This document shows positions 54,441 through 63,917 of a stretch of 64,000 bases of DNA, one piece after another (positions within the stretch are counted from its first letter, which is position 1; each line of letters starts with the position of its first letter). Source of the DNA: Paramoeba atlantica. Its lineage: Eukaryota > Protista > Discosea. The stretch spans positions 1,054,001-1,118,000 of the forward strand of contig CDRNVI010000012.1 in the NCBI GenBank assembly GCA_977017575.1. Reading direction: 5' to 3'. A model generated the notes under the pieces. That model ran no database searches, had not been told where the DNA came from, and was given only the letters and a program-made list of their open reading frames with translations. The translations under genes were made by a program, and so were the position numbers.

Positions 54441-55946
54441 ATGGTATTACATGAGCTGGGGCACAAGATCGCGGGTGCCCTGCACAACTTTCACAAGCAC
54501 GCCATTGTAGGCGATGAGGAGATTGATCTTCTTCTGAGAGACATTGGTAACGCGCTGATGCAGTCGGATGTCAATGTAAAGATAGTGATGAAGCTTCGCA
54601 AAGACATTAAGACCCAACTGATGCTTACAGAAAACCAGGCCGGAGGTTTTAGTCGGCGTAAACTCGTTCAGAAGGCCGTTTTTGATGCAATTAAACAGAT
54701 GATTGACCCTGGAGTGAAGGCCTATCAACCCAAACGAGGACAATCGAACGTAATCATGTTTGTCGGGATGCAAGGCGCAGGGAAAACCACTTCATGCACG
54801 AAATACGCTTCCTATTACCAGCGAAAAGGCTTTAAAGTAGCACTGGTGTGCGCTGACACGTTTCGTGCGGGGGCATATGATCAGCTAAAACAGAATGCTT
54901 TAAAGGCTAGAGTTCGATTTTACGGCAGCTTTGCTGAGGGCGACCCAGTGGCCCTTGCCACACAGGCAGTAGAGACCCTCAAGACGGAGGGGGTGGAAAT
55001 CATTATTGTGGACACCAGTGGCCGTCACAAACAGGAGGAGGCACTGTTTGTAGAGATGCAAGAAATTCGGGATGCTATTCAACCCCGTGACATTGTCTAT
55101 GTCATTGATAGCACGAATGGTCAAATGGTGCAGGAGCAGGCGGCAGCATTTCAAAAGTTTGTTCCCGTCGGGTCCATTATTCTTACCAAGCTTGACGGCC
55201 ACGCAAAAGGAGGGGGCGCGCTCAGCGCCATAGCAGTTACCGGGAGCCCCGTCATTTTTTTGGGAGTCGGCGAGCACTATGACGAGTTTGAGCCTTTCAA
55301 TGCGCAAAGTTTTGTAAGTCGTCTTCTGGGCTTTGGCGACGTGGAAGGCTTGGTGGACGCGTTAAAGGACAGTGGGTTTGATGAGAAATCCGTGTTATAC
55401 AAGCGTTTTGCAGAAGGGTCCTTTACGTTGCGCGACATGTACGAACATTTGGAAAATGTGATGAAACTAGGACCTATGAACAAAGTTTTGGAAATGATGC
55501 CCGGACTTGCGATGACCGACAGCCGTGGTCGCGGGGAGCAAAACACTTACCAGTTGAAATGTTATATGACTATTATGGATAGCATGAACGAAGCTGAGTT
55601 GGACGCCCCAAATGTGAAGAAGTTTTTTACACCAAGTCGACTTGCTCGAATCTCGAATGGGAGTGGAAGGGCAATGTGGGAGGTGCAGGATCTACTAAAA
55701 TCTTATAATAAGTTTGACGATATGGTACGGAAAATGGGTAAAATGAATTTTAAGCAGCTAACTAAGGATCCAAGTTTGCTATCCACACACACAGGGCAAG
55801 AGCAAATGTCGAAGCTTGCTCGAGCCATGGACCCTCAAATGTTGCGACGCATGGGTGGGGTGTCGGGACTGCAAGCTATGATGAAACAACTTTCTGAGTA
55901 CGAATCAAGTGGGAAAAGTGAGAAAAAAACTGGAAAAAGTCGTTGA
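54441..55946 (+). CDS. SRP54: Signal recognition particle 54-kDa subunit
   Basis: GMQGAGKTT, ADTFRAGAYDQL, DTSGRH, TKLDG, Met-rich M domain. Confidence 0.97.
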   Translation: MVLHELGHKIAGALHNFHKHAIVGDEEIDLLLRDIGNALMQSDVNVKIVMKLRKDIKTQLMLTENQAGGFSRRKLVQKAVFDAIKQMIDPGVKAYQPKRGQSNVIMFVGMQGAGKTTSCTKYASYYQRKGFKVALVCADTFRAGAYDQLKQNALKARVRFYGSFAEGDPVALATQAVETLKTEGVEIIIVDTSGRHKQEEALFVEMQEIRDAIQPRDIVYVIDSTNGQMVQEQAAAFQKFVPVGSIILTKLDGHAKGGGALSAIAVTGSPVIFLGVGEHYDEFEPFNAQSFVSRLLGFGDVEGLVDALKDSGFDEKSVLYKRFAEGSFTLRDMYEHLENVMKLGPMNKVLEMMPGLAMTDSRGRGEQNTYQLKCYMTIMDSMNEAELDAPNVKKFFTPSRLARISNGSGRAMWEVQDLLKSYNKFDDMVRKMGKMNFKQLTKDPSLLSTHTGQEQMSKLARAMDPQMLRRMGGVSGLQAMMKQLSEYESSGKSEKKTGKSR

Positions 55947-56106
55947 TTCTTCTGTATATTTTCTTGTACGTTATTTATTATTTTAAACTTTTAATGTTGT
56001 ACGTATTGGTAATCAAGCAGAAACGCTTCCACTAGCCCACATTTAGAGAGAGGGTCATAATCAAGATTCCTTTATGGCTTAACAATAGTATTTTTTTACA
56101 TGCAAA

Positions 56107-56916
56107 ATGATACATACAACTTTCTTGGACACTGATTCTCTTGTTTCTCCCCCCAGAAAACGTCGTATGACGGGTAAGGTTAGCTTGTCCATTATGCCAA
56201 ATGAAATTCGACTCCACCGATTTGTTCAAAAGATAAAAAATCGGCCACGGTCATGGAAACCCGGTGTGGACGTTTGCAAGTGGAAAGGGGTGATATGCAT
56301 TGGTGAAAACATTACGGAATTACATTGGAACAATTTGGATTTGCGGGGAAACGTTACATGGGATGCAATTCCCGAATCGGTTGAGAATCTTTTGATCGGC
56401 AAAGACCTCTACGGGTTGGATAAGCTTCGGGGGGGATTCGATATGAAGTTGCTTCCTGCAGTTCTAAATTCCCTTGACATGAACGAACATGCATTTGCAG
56501 GCCTGGTGGATTTTTCCCATGCGCCTCGTGAGATGAAATTTTTTGTTGCTGCTGGCAACTCGCTACATGGGCCTCTGGATCTGACGCTTATGCCATGTAC
56601 CATGGAACATGCAGAGTTACAGCGAAACCTTTTTGTTGGGACACTAGATCTCACCAAGCTTCCTTCTGTGTTGGAATTGCTCCATTTGGGAGATAATTGT
56701 TTTGCGGGAAATGTGGATGTTTCAAAACTTCCTGATTCAATTTTGGAGATTGGTCTTTATCGTAATCGACTACAAGGGGAGATAGATGTTCGCGATCTCC
56801 CAGATGGACTTCAAAAGCTTGAATTCAACGGTAATAATGTTACTTTTAAGGAAAACTTTAAACCCCCTAACGTGTTTTTTGATCCTGTGGACGACCAATA
56901 TTTCCATTATTTCTGA
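56107..56916 (+). CDS. Short LRR protein (copy 7)
   Basis: RMTGKVSLSIMPNEIRL, VCKWKGVIC, LRRs. Confidence 0.9.
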   Translation: MIHTTFLDTDSLVSPPRKRRMTGKVSLSIMPNEIRLHRFVQKIKNRPRSWKPGVDVCKWKGVICIGENITELHWNNLDLRGNVTWDAIPESVENLLIGKDLYGLDKLRGGFDMKLLPAVLNSLDMNEHAFAGLVDFSHAPREMKFFVAAGNSLHGPLDLTLMPCTMEHAELQRNLFVGTLDLTKLPSVLELLHLGDNCFAGNVDVSKLPDSILEIGLYRNRLQGEIDVRDLPDGLQKLEFNGNNVTFKENFKPPNVFFDPVDDQYFHYF

Positions 56917-57122
56917 AATTTCGCATCATCTCATGAGAAGCATTAGAACTTTTCCTTAGTTTGCTGTCTCTGATTGTTTGACTACCGCGAACTTTGATTA
57001 CACTGTCGCCAAAAATCATTGAATTTTTAATTATTGTCGAAACCGTGCAACTTTTAATAAAAAATTCATTAATTTTTAATTTACCTTTCTAATTTGCCTT
57101 TCTCTGAAAACCTCAGTAATAC

Positions 57123-57983
57123 ATGATGACAAGTCGGAATGTGAATGTGCGTTTCAAGCGATGCAGTACCGCTTTGCTATTTAGTTACGCAGTTGATGTA
57201 ACAAATACTAGCGTAAAAAGTGTGCTAGGTAAAGTACGAGGGGCCCACTTACCGCAAGAATACGAACTTTCTAAGTTTGCTGCGAATATTACCCATCACC
57301 GTCCTTCTTGGAGTACTTCAACTCCTGCCTGTGAGTGGGAGAACGTGTTCTGCAAAGATAACATACATGTTACGGGTATTGATTGGAGTTGTTCTCACCT
57401 TTCCGGTTCACTGCGATGGGATTTTCTGCCCCTCACATTGTGTACGCTTTCATTGATGGACAACAAACTTACGGGAATTGTTGAACTAGACATGTTTCCA
57501 CAGCAGATAGTGTACGTAACATTAGTAAGTAACTTTTTTAAAGGCACGATTGACGTAGAAAAATTGCCCCACAGTATAAGTGGTCTGGATTTGGAGTACA
57601 ATGAGTTCGAAGGAAGCTTGAATCTAATGCATCTGCCCAAAAATATGAGAGTACTGCACGCAGGTCATAACAATTTGAGTGGAAATGTCATTCTTTTACA
57701 TTTGCCACCGATTATGAAGTCCCTGTATCTATCTTATAATAAATTCTCAGGCACCCTGGATTTGCAGCACTTACCATCGGAGTTTCAAGATCTTCGATTG
57801 AATGTAAATAATTTTTCCGGTCTTATATTCTTGGATGACCTTCCTAAGGGCCTCAAAACATTATGGCTGTACGGCAACGAAGAACTGCAAGGAGAGATCG
57901 ACGCAAGAAAGCTTCCTGAAACTTTGGCCAGCTTTTCGTACAGCGATACAAAAATTGAAATTTTACCTACTCCTCAACAATAA
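57123..57983 (+). CDS. Short LRR protein (copy 8)
   Basis: VLGKVRGAHLPQEYEL, TPACEWENVFC, about 7 LRRs. Confidence 0.92.
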   Translation: MMTSRNVNVRFKRCSTALLFSYAVDVTNTSVKSVLGKVRGAHLPQEYELSKFAANITHHRPSWSTSTPACEWENVFCKDNIHVTGIDWSCSHLSGSLRWDFLPLTLCTLSLMDNKLTGIVELDMFPQQIVYVTLVSNFFKGTIDVEKLPHSISGLDLEYNEFEGSLNLMHLPKNMRVLHAGHNNLSGNVILLHLPPIMKSLYLSYNKFSGTLDLQHLPSEFQDLRLNVNNFSGLIFLDDLPKGLKTLWLYGNEELQGEIDARKLPETLASFSYSDTKIEILPTPQQ

Positions 57984-58039
57984 TTAGTATAAAATTTATA
58001 CTCAATATTTCTACAATTACAGTACTCAATATTACGTCG

Positions 58040-58240
58040 CTTATACCGTCAAAGCATAATTTATGGCCTTGGGACATAAATGACATTTTATGAGTTGTGA
58101 CCAAGGACGAATGCGTAGCACCTGGATCACTTTTGTGGTTTGGGTTGTATGGAAACTCACGGTGGAGCATAACCTGTGGTCATGGCTCTCATCGATTTTG
58201 TTTACCTTCTCTGGCTTTACGGTGACACAGAGCCTGAATT
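58040..58240 (-). pseudogene. Possible piggyBac-like transposase relic
   Basis: Across frameshifts: KPEKVNKIDES / MTTGYAPP*VSIQPKPQK*SRCYAFVL, then QGHKLCFD, resembling the first and second catalytic-Asp motifs. Confidence 0.4.
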
Positions 58241-58510
58241 CGGATCTCTATACCAATAGGTACGTACCCGTATTGGTGGTAATCCGAATCGGCGACCTGT
58301 GCCGCACTCATGAAGATAACGAATATAGAACACCTAAGCTCAATCACTGAAAGAGATTGAGAGGGACGCCGCGAAGCGGCGCTATATTTTTTGGGGGTTT
58401 TTTATTCCCATTTTCTCGAAAATGACTTTGTTTGTTCAAGAACACATCCCTTAAATACAGTCTGTAGAAATTTTGTAGAAAACATTTTTTTTTTGCATTT
58501 TAGACAAAAT

Positions 58511-58556
58511 TTAGTATACCGTACCCGCTTAGTATACCGTACCCACTTAGTATGCC
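58511..58556. repeat. 18-bp tandem repeat ttagtataccgtaccc(g/a)c
   Basis: Two full units plus a partial unit. Confidence 0.8.
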
Positions 58557-58812
58557 TACTAGGTATACTATCCTGGAACATGGTTTACTATTCACAAAAA
58601 AATGACGAAAAGTTTGTGAATAATAAATGGGTCCCCCCTTTACTCTTCTGGTCAAAAACAGAGGAAAAGGAAAATCCAGAAAATGACATTTAATTCTGTC
58701 ATTTTCAATTCCTTTCCCATTTTCCTTTATTTTTGATCAGGGTAGAGAAAGTCATACCTTTTGGTTCAATGAACCACGACTGAACCAACCTACAAGGCGT
58801 ACCCCCCCTTCA

Positions 58813-59547
58813 ATGTATTTATTAAATTTATTGTACATTTACGCTAAAATGAGATTCTCCATGTTCGCATTACCCGCTGAGGACAATATACCACGTTCAC
58901 GTGCCGCAAAAGCAACAAGGTTGTTTATTCCGCAAGAGGATCTATTGCAGCGCTTCCTTTACGACGTATCCGGGCATCACGATAGTTGGGTAACAACCCG
59001 AAAAGGGTTTTTTGGTGAAAAACCTGTTCACGTTTGCGAATGGTATGGGGTGGAATGCAACGTGAAAAAAGAAGTTGTATCCCTAAAATGGCGTCAAATT
59101 TTAGGCTTAAAACTCGGAGGGGTCCTTTCCTGGGGTGACCTTCCCCATACTGTCCAAATAATCCGTCTGGAAAACAATGTTTTACGAAGTTCCATTGATT
59201 TTCCAGTACTTCCTGACGGATTACTCTATCTGGATCTCACAAGAAACCGCTTTAGCGGTACCATTGATGGTACCCGGCTTCCTCCGCATATAAGAAGCGT
59301 TCGCTTAGGTTCTAATCGCTTTACAGGAATACTTGATCTCACTTTACTTCCCTATACTCTCGAGCATTTCAGTGCTCCAAGTAACGAGTTCATCGGCACG
59401 CCCAGTCTGAAGTATCTTCCTGACGCACTAAAGGAGTTGGATCTTAGGGAAAATCTGTTTCAGTGGGAAGGTATCGAACCCCCTCCTCCCCCTCCGGAAA
59501 TTTTAATTTATCCGCAGAGCGTCAAACAGGAATCGGAAGATGAATAG
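58813..59547 (+). CDS. Short LRR protein (copy 9)
   Basis: RSRAAKATRLFIPQEDLL, VCEWYGVEC, LRRs. Alternative start at 58849. Confidence 0.9.
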   Translation: MYLLNLLYIYAKMRFSMFALPAEDNIPRSRAAKATRLFIPQEDLLQRFLYDVSGHHDSWVTTRKGFFGEKPVHVCEWYGVECNVKKEVVSLKWRQILGLKLGGVLSWGDLPHTVQIIRLENNVLRSSIDFPVLPDGLLYLDLTRNRFSGTIDGTRLPPHIRSVRLGSNRFTGILDLTLLPYTLEHFSAPSNEFIGTPSLKYLPDALKELDLRENLFQWEGIEPPPPPPEILIYPQSVKQESEDE

Positions 59548-59940
59548 ATTAGGTAAAATGTATGTGTATTCGCATTTAGTTATTGCCCCATCCTGTATTT
59601 GCTGGATACCATGCAAGTTGCTTATTTTTCGGTTTCTAACACTGACGAGTTGAGTAACACTGACAGATGTGACTAACACTGACGAGTTTATGCTTTTTGT
59701 ACGCAATAACATCGGGCGAATTTTTTACGTGCATTTTCTGTAAAGGAAAGCCGGACACTTTTCTTTTTTCAGATGACAGAAGTTTCGTCAAAGTAAAGCC
59801 GGTACCTCGTTCTGACCGAAAATGGCTGACACTATTTAGTGCTGATTTTTTTTAAATTTCATTCAACACTTAACAGGGAGGGACGCCTAAGCGTCTCAAG
59901 TTGTCTTCGTAACACTACTCCTCCCTTTTTATTTTTATAA

Positions 59941-60492
59941 ATGACTTCTAAAAGAAAAGTTCATAAATATGTGAATAAAAATATTTCTATCTCTTCTACA
60001 CGTAGTTTGTGGCACTTTTTAATGGACCATTTTTTAAACGAAAGGGGTACGATGTATTTACTACACACTATATGCCTGCTGTGGGCAAGTAGTGGCGGCG
60101 TGGCTCAGATATTTTCTTCACGTTCAGTGTCCTATTCTCTAACTTCAGATACACACGGAGAAAAACGAGCAGCAGGCCTACGAAAAAAGGTGAACGATAA
60201 CACTGCAAATCTACACGCTCACGATAAGAAATCTCACAAAGCAGAACCAGTTCACGAAGAGAATAACGATTCTCGTGATTCATCAACTTCTTTTTACGAA
60301 ACTTTGGAAGATATGTGGGATTATTATCGTACGTCAGTATGGCTTCATGTAGCTTTATTCTATGTAGGTATAATGACGTATCAGTTTGCTGCTCTTGGGA
60401 CGATATTGGGAGTGCAAATTTCCTTGGTTCTGATTATATGTTCTTGTGTTGGCTTATTCGTCCACGGTTGGCTTGGCACGGGCCCGTCTTAA
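59941..60492 (+). CDS. Hypothetical membrane protein
   Basis: Two C-terminal hydrophobic segments. ATG 60052 would give a signal-peptide-like start. Confidence 0.55.
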   Translation: MTSKRKVHKYVNKNISISSTRSLWHFLMDHFLNERGTMYLLHTICLLWASSGGVAQIFSSRSVSYSLTSDTHGEKRAAGLRKKVNDNTANLHAHDKKSHKAEPVHEENNDSRDSSTSFYETLEDMWDYYRTSVWLHVALFYVGIMTYQFAALGTILGVQISLVLIICSCVGLFVHGWLGTGPS

Positions 60493-61189
60493 ATTCTAGC
60501 ATGCGTCATAATAATTTTGAGAATAACTTTTGGTGAAACGTAGAGTAAATGCAGCAATATTGATTTGTTTCTTGTTTCATGCTGAACATGGTATCGGGCT
60601 CAAGATCAAACCCGCTATAGGGTTTTCTCCTACGAATATTTACCCGAATAGAGATTTGGGTTAAATTCAAGCTAATTTGGCTTTGTCTTCAATTTCCAAA
60701 AAAATGTTCTTTTTACAACATTCATTCCGAAATTCTTTCCCTTTAATCCTTACAGCTTTAATAGCTACTGCTTCCTTAACTTTGGGAGCAATGTACTGGT
60801 AGTTCGATCGGGAACGATTTCAGTGACAATTTGGACTTTTTAGCCACTGCACACAACCCTTCACAGAGACACTTTGCTCACAGTGGACTCTTTGTGACAG
60901 GAAAATCGAGCACGCTACCCACAGGGCATTATATAATACTATTATTAGATACCGAAACAAAACCAGATATTTCAAAAACATGTGATTCATGAGGAATGAT
61001 TGCTTCTACAGAAGTCGTAAATAAAAAATTTGCTTTAATTTCACCGAGATTTGCTATCTATGCCAATAGCCCAGGATACAGCCATTTGGATGGGAAGTAT
61101 TTCAAATGCGAATAACGTAAAATTGTTTATTTCTAATGTTATATCTGAAGATCTACCAAATATAACTGATCACTCAACTTTTCCTACTA

Positions 61190-61675
61190 ATGTTGCGTTT
61201 GGCATGGAAGGTGTCTTCGCGCATCATTCCCGGCTACCTTCGCTATAAACACAAAGACATTGTAGTCCCCCCTGATCGATGCGAATTCATTGCCATGAGA
61301 AATTCTTCGGGTCCTGGAGGTCAAGCAGTGAATGCATCTTCAAATAGAATTGAATTGCGAGTGTCTGGAATCCACCGCGTGCCGTTTCCAAATATTGATA
61401 ACGAAACGTGGTCAAGATTCTTAGCCAGACATCGAAACTCTGTATGCATGAGATCGGATACTTTGATTATACACTGTAGAGAGCATCGTTCTCTTTCTGC
61501 CAACAAAACGGGGTGTATAGATAAAGTTCGACACATGATAGCCAATTCCTCCTTTGTTGAGCCTCGGGCGGAGATTATTCCTCCGAAAAGTGAAAATAGA
61601 AAACAGAAAATCGTTACAAAAAAGAAATTTAAAGGAACTAAAATGCTTGCGAAAATCGCTAGATCACTTTCCTGA
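61190..61675 (+). CDS. ICT1/ArfB-like peptidyl-tRNA hydrolase (mitochondrial)
   Basis: SSGPGGQAVN motif, basic C-terminal tail, N-terminal presequence-like segment. Confidence 0.85.
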   Translation: MLRLAWKVSSRIIPGYLRYKHKDIVVPPDRCEFIAMRNSSGPGGQAVNASSNRIELRVSGIHRVPFPNIDNETWSRFLARHRNSVCMRSDTLIIHCREHRSLSANKTGCIDKVRHMIANSSFVEPRAEIIPPKSENRKQKIVTKKKFKGTKMLAKIARSLS

Positions 61676-61988
61676 AATACTTTCCTGTATAATGTTATGC
61701 AAGTTAAAGGTTAGTGTGATACAAAAACCCCCCACAGTGAAAAGTCACCCCCCTCTAACTTTTCAGTCAAGTGCCCGTTTGAGCTCATTTTTGTTGCATT
61801 TTGCAGATCCCAACGCAAAGACTTTGCACATTAAAACATGGAACTAAAAATCTCAAATGCGGGCATCCGATAGACGGATTATCACTTTCTTCACATTTTT
61901 CAAGAGACCAATTTCTCACATTTCAACTAATTAAATCTTCCCCCATGAGAAATTCAATTATTTCTTATGGCTGATGATCTCATGGCAG

Positions 61989-62546
61989 CAGATGGCTCCG
62001 CCTTCTGCTTTTTGCCTTGCTCCTCCTCCTTCCTCTACGATTTTGCAGATCACAAATGTAACAAGCCTTAGCGTTGATCAAATCACACTCGTTGACGGGT
62101 CAACCAAATGGCAGCCACTTCGTTGACAGTCGGGTTTATTGTCAACGAAGTGGCAGTCAATTGGTTGACCCGTCAAAGAAGTAGAGACGTACCCGGATAT
62201 TTTACTGTCAACGAAGTGGCAGCCAATTGGTTGACCCGTTCCCAATCCTAACATCTCCGTGGTTCCAAAGCAGATCCTAGGGCTTCTGTTGTTGTTGTTG
62301 AGCTCCTTACAGATTCCCATGCGAGGAAGTCGTCGTCGCTACATCGAAAAGGCAGAAGGCTCCGCCTTCTGATTTTTGCCTTGCTCTTCCTCCTTCCTCT
62401 ACGATTTTGCAGATCACAAATGTAACAAGCCTTAGCGTTGATCAAATCACACTCGTTAACGGGTCAAACAAATGGCAGCCACTTCGTTGACAGTCGGATT
62501 TACTGTCAACGAAGTGGCTGCCATTTGGTTGACCCGTCAACGAAGT
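61989..62546. repeat. ~190-bp direct duplication, each copy ending in a 40-bp palindrome
   Basis: Arms 62455-62494 / 62502-62541 (2 mismatches) and 62091-62130 / ~62138-62177, with a third half-arm near 62194-62239. Confidence 0.85.
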
Positions 62547-62860
62547 AGATACATAGCCAAATTTCCTCCCCCTTTTGTAGTTCCGCCTTCAACCCAACAG
62601 GTAGTAAATAATGCATTGGAATGATCATTCCCAGGGTTACATTTCACAGGTCGATGTGTAGGGGTGGCATTGTAATGGCATCACGTAAGATGTCGTGATC
62701 AATTTCTTACATATGATATGTTTTTTTATAGCTTTTCTAAAATGATCAATCATCTGGCATGCAAAATAAAAAAACTCTTTAAAAATATTTTGATGCAATA
62801 CGCAGCATTTAAGCAAAGTATACATTTGTTGGTTTCATTGACAAGTATATTTGATTCTCT

Positions 62861-63343
62861 ATGAACAGTACAACTGAAGCTGCACCGGCCTTTCATTCGT
62901 CCAGACGCGGAAAAGTTACAAAGAGTGCTTTGCCTCTAGAATATTCTCTTTCTCGTTTCATAGAAAAAGTAGAAAATCCGCATTCCTCGTGGAAGGCAGA
63001 TAACCCAGCATGTGAGTGGAAAGGAGTGAAATGCGATTTCGGAGGACATTTGCTTTGCTTGGCTTGGGCTAACTATGGCTTGCTTGGGACACTTCTCTGG
63101 CATCATACTCCTCCGATACGAGGAAACTTTTTTGTACATTGTAATTCTTTGCAAGAAAATGTGGATTTGAGTCAACTGGAAGATGCAACAGAGCTGTGCA
63201 ATTTAAGTCACAACAAATTTCAAGGTATGATAGATTTTACGCAATTGCCATCAGGCTTGGATTCACTGTGGCTTTCATACAATGAATTCTCTGGAAAAGT
63301 AGATCTTACAGCCTTGCCCACTGGACTTCGATTGTTATTATAG
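62861..63343 (+). pseudogene. LRR protein (copy 10), 3'-truncated in mid-repeat
   Basis: SRRGKVTKSALPLEYSL, NPACEWKGVKC. The ORF ends LPTGLRLLL*, and the TAG falls inside the SL-like sequence. Confidence 0.75.
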
Positions 63344-63369
63344 ATACAGTTTCTGTACCTTGTTGGTAC
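63336..63369 (+). ncRNA. Spliced-leader mini-exon fragment (nt ~10-39) plus GT donor
   Basis: TATTATAGATACAGTTTCTGTACCTTGTTG|GTAC contains the invariant CAGTTTCTGTAC and the exact 30-nt spacing to TTG|GT. The 5' AACTAACGC is absent. Confidence 0.8.
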
Positions 63370-63374
63370 ATTTT

Positions 63375-63917
63375 GCTAGCCCTTCCTTTCTTTTCCCGGA
63401 AACGGGCATATTCTTACTTTTAAATGCCCGTTTCCGGCTGACGGCTAGCTGGAACTGTCCCTCTTTGTCGCGGAAGTAGGGGACGCACTTCGCACTCTTC
63501 ACCCCTCCCCGGCTCGCTCTCTTCGAGTGAGCTTTCTTCCCTCCCCGGCTCTCTACTTCTCGTGCTTTCTTCTCCCGGGAGCTATGCGCCATGGTGGCCT
63601 CCTTTGAGGACCACTGGGCGTGCTACAGCGGGAGGACACGTTGTATGCGTGTATAGGGGATGCGAACTTGCACCCCTCTCTCCCTACATGCTGTAGCGAG
63701 TGCGGAGGTAACGGACCTCCCCATGATGCATCATGATCCACGATAGACCATCTGACAGCATGAACCCACGGCTTGACCGTGTTGCAGCATGAACCATGGC
63801 TATACGTGCTGTAGCATGACCGATGGGCGACTCGTCTCCTACCTCGCACTCCACTCTCTGTGTGACACCCGTCGTATGCGGGTCATGCGCTGATGGTATC
63901 GGCCGTCACACAGAGAG
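63375..63917 (+). ncRNA. Unidentified highly structured RNA or retroelement UTR
   Basis: Multiple perfect stems, two three-way junctions with a shared loop and three AGCATGA-hairpin repeats (see findings). Confidence 0.55.
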
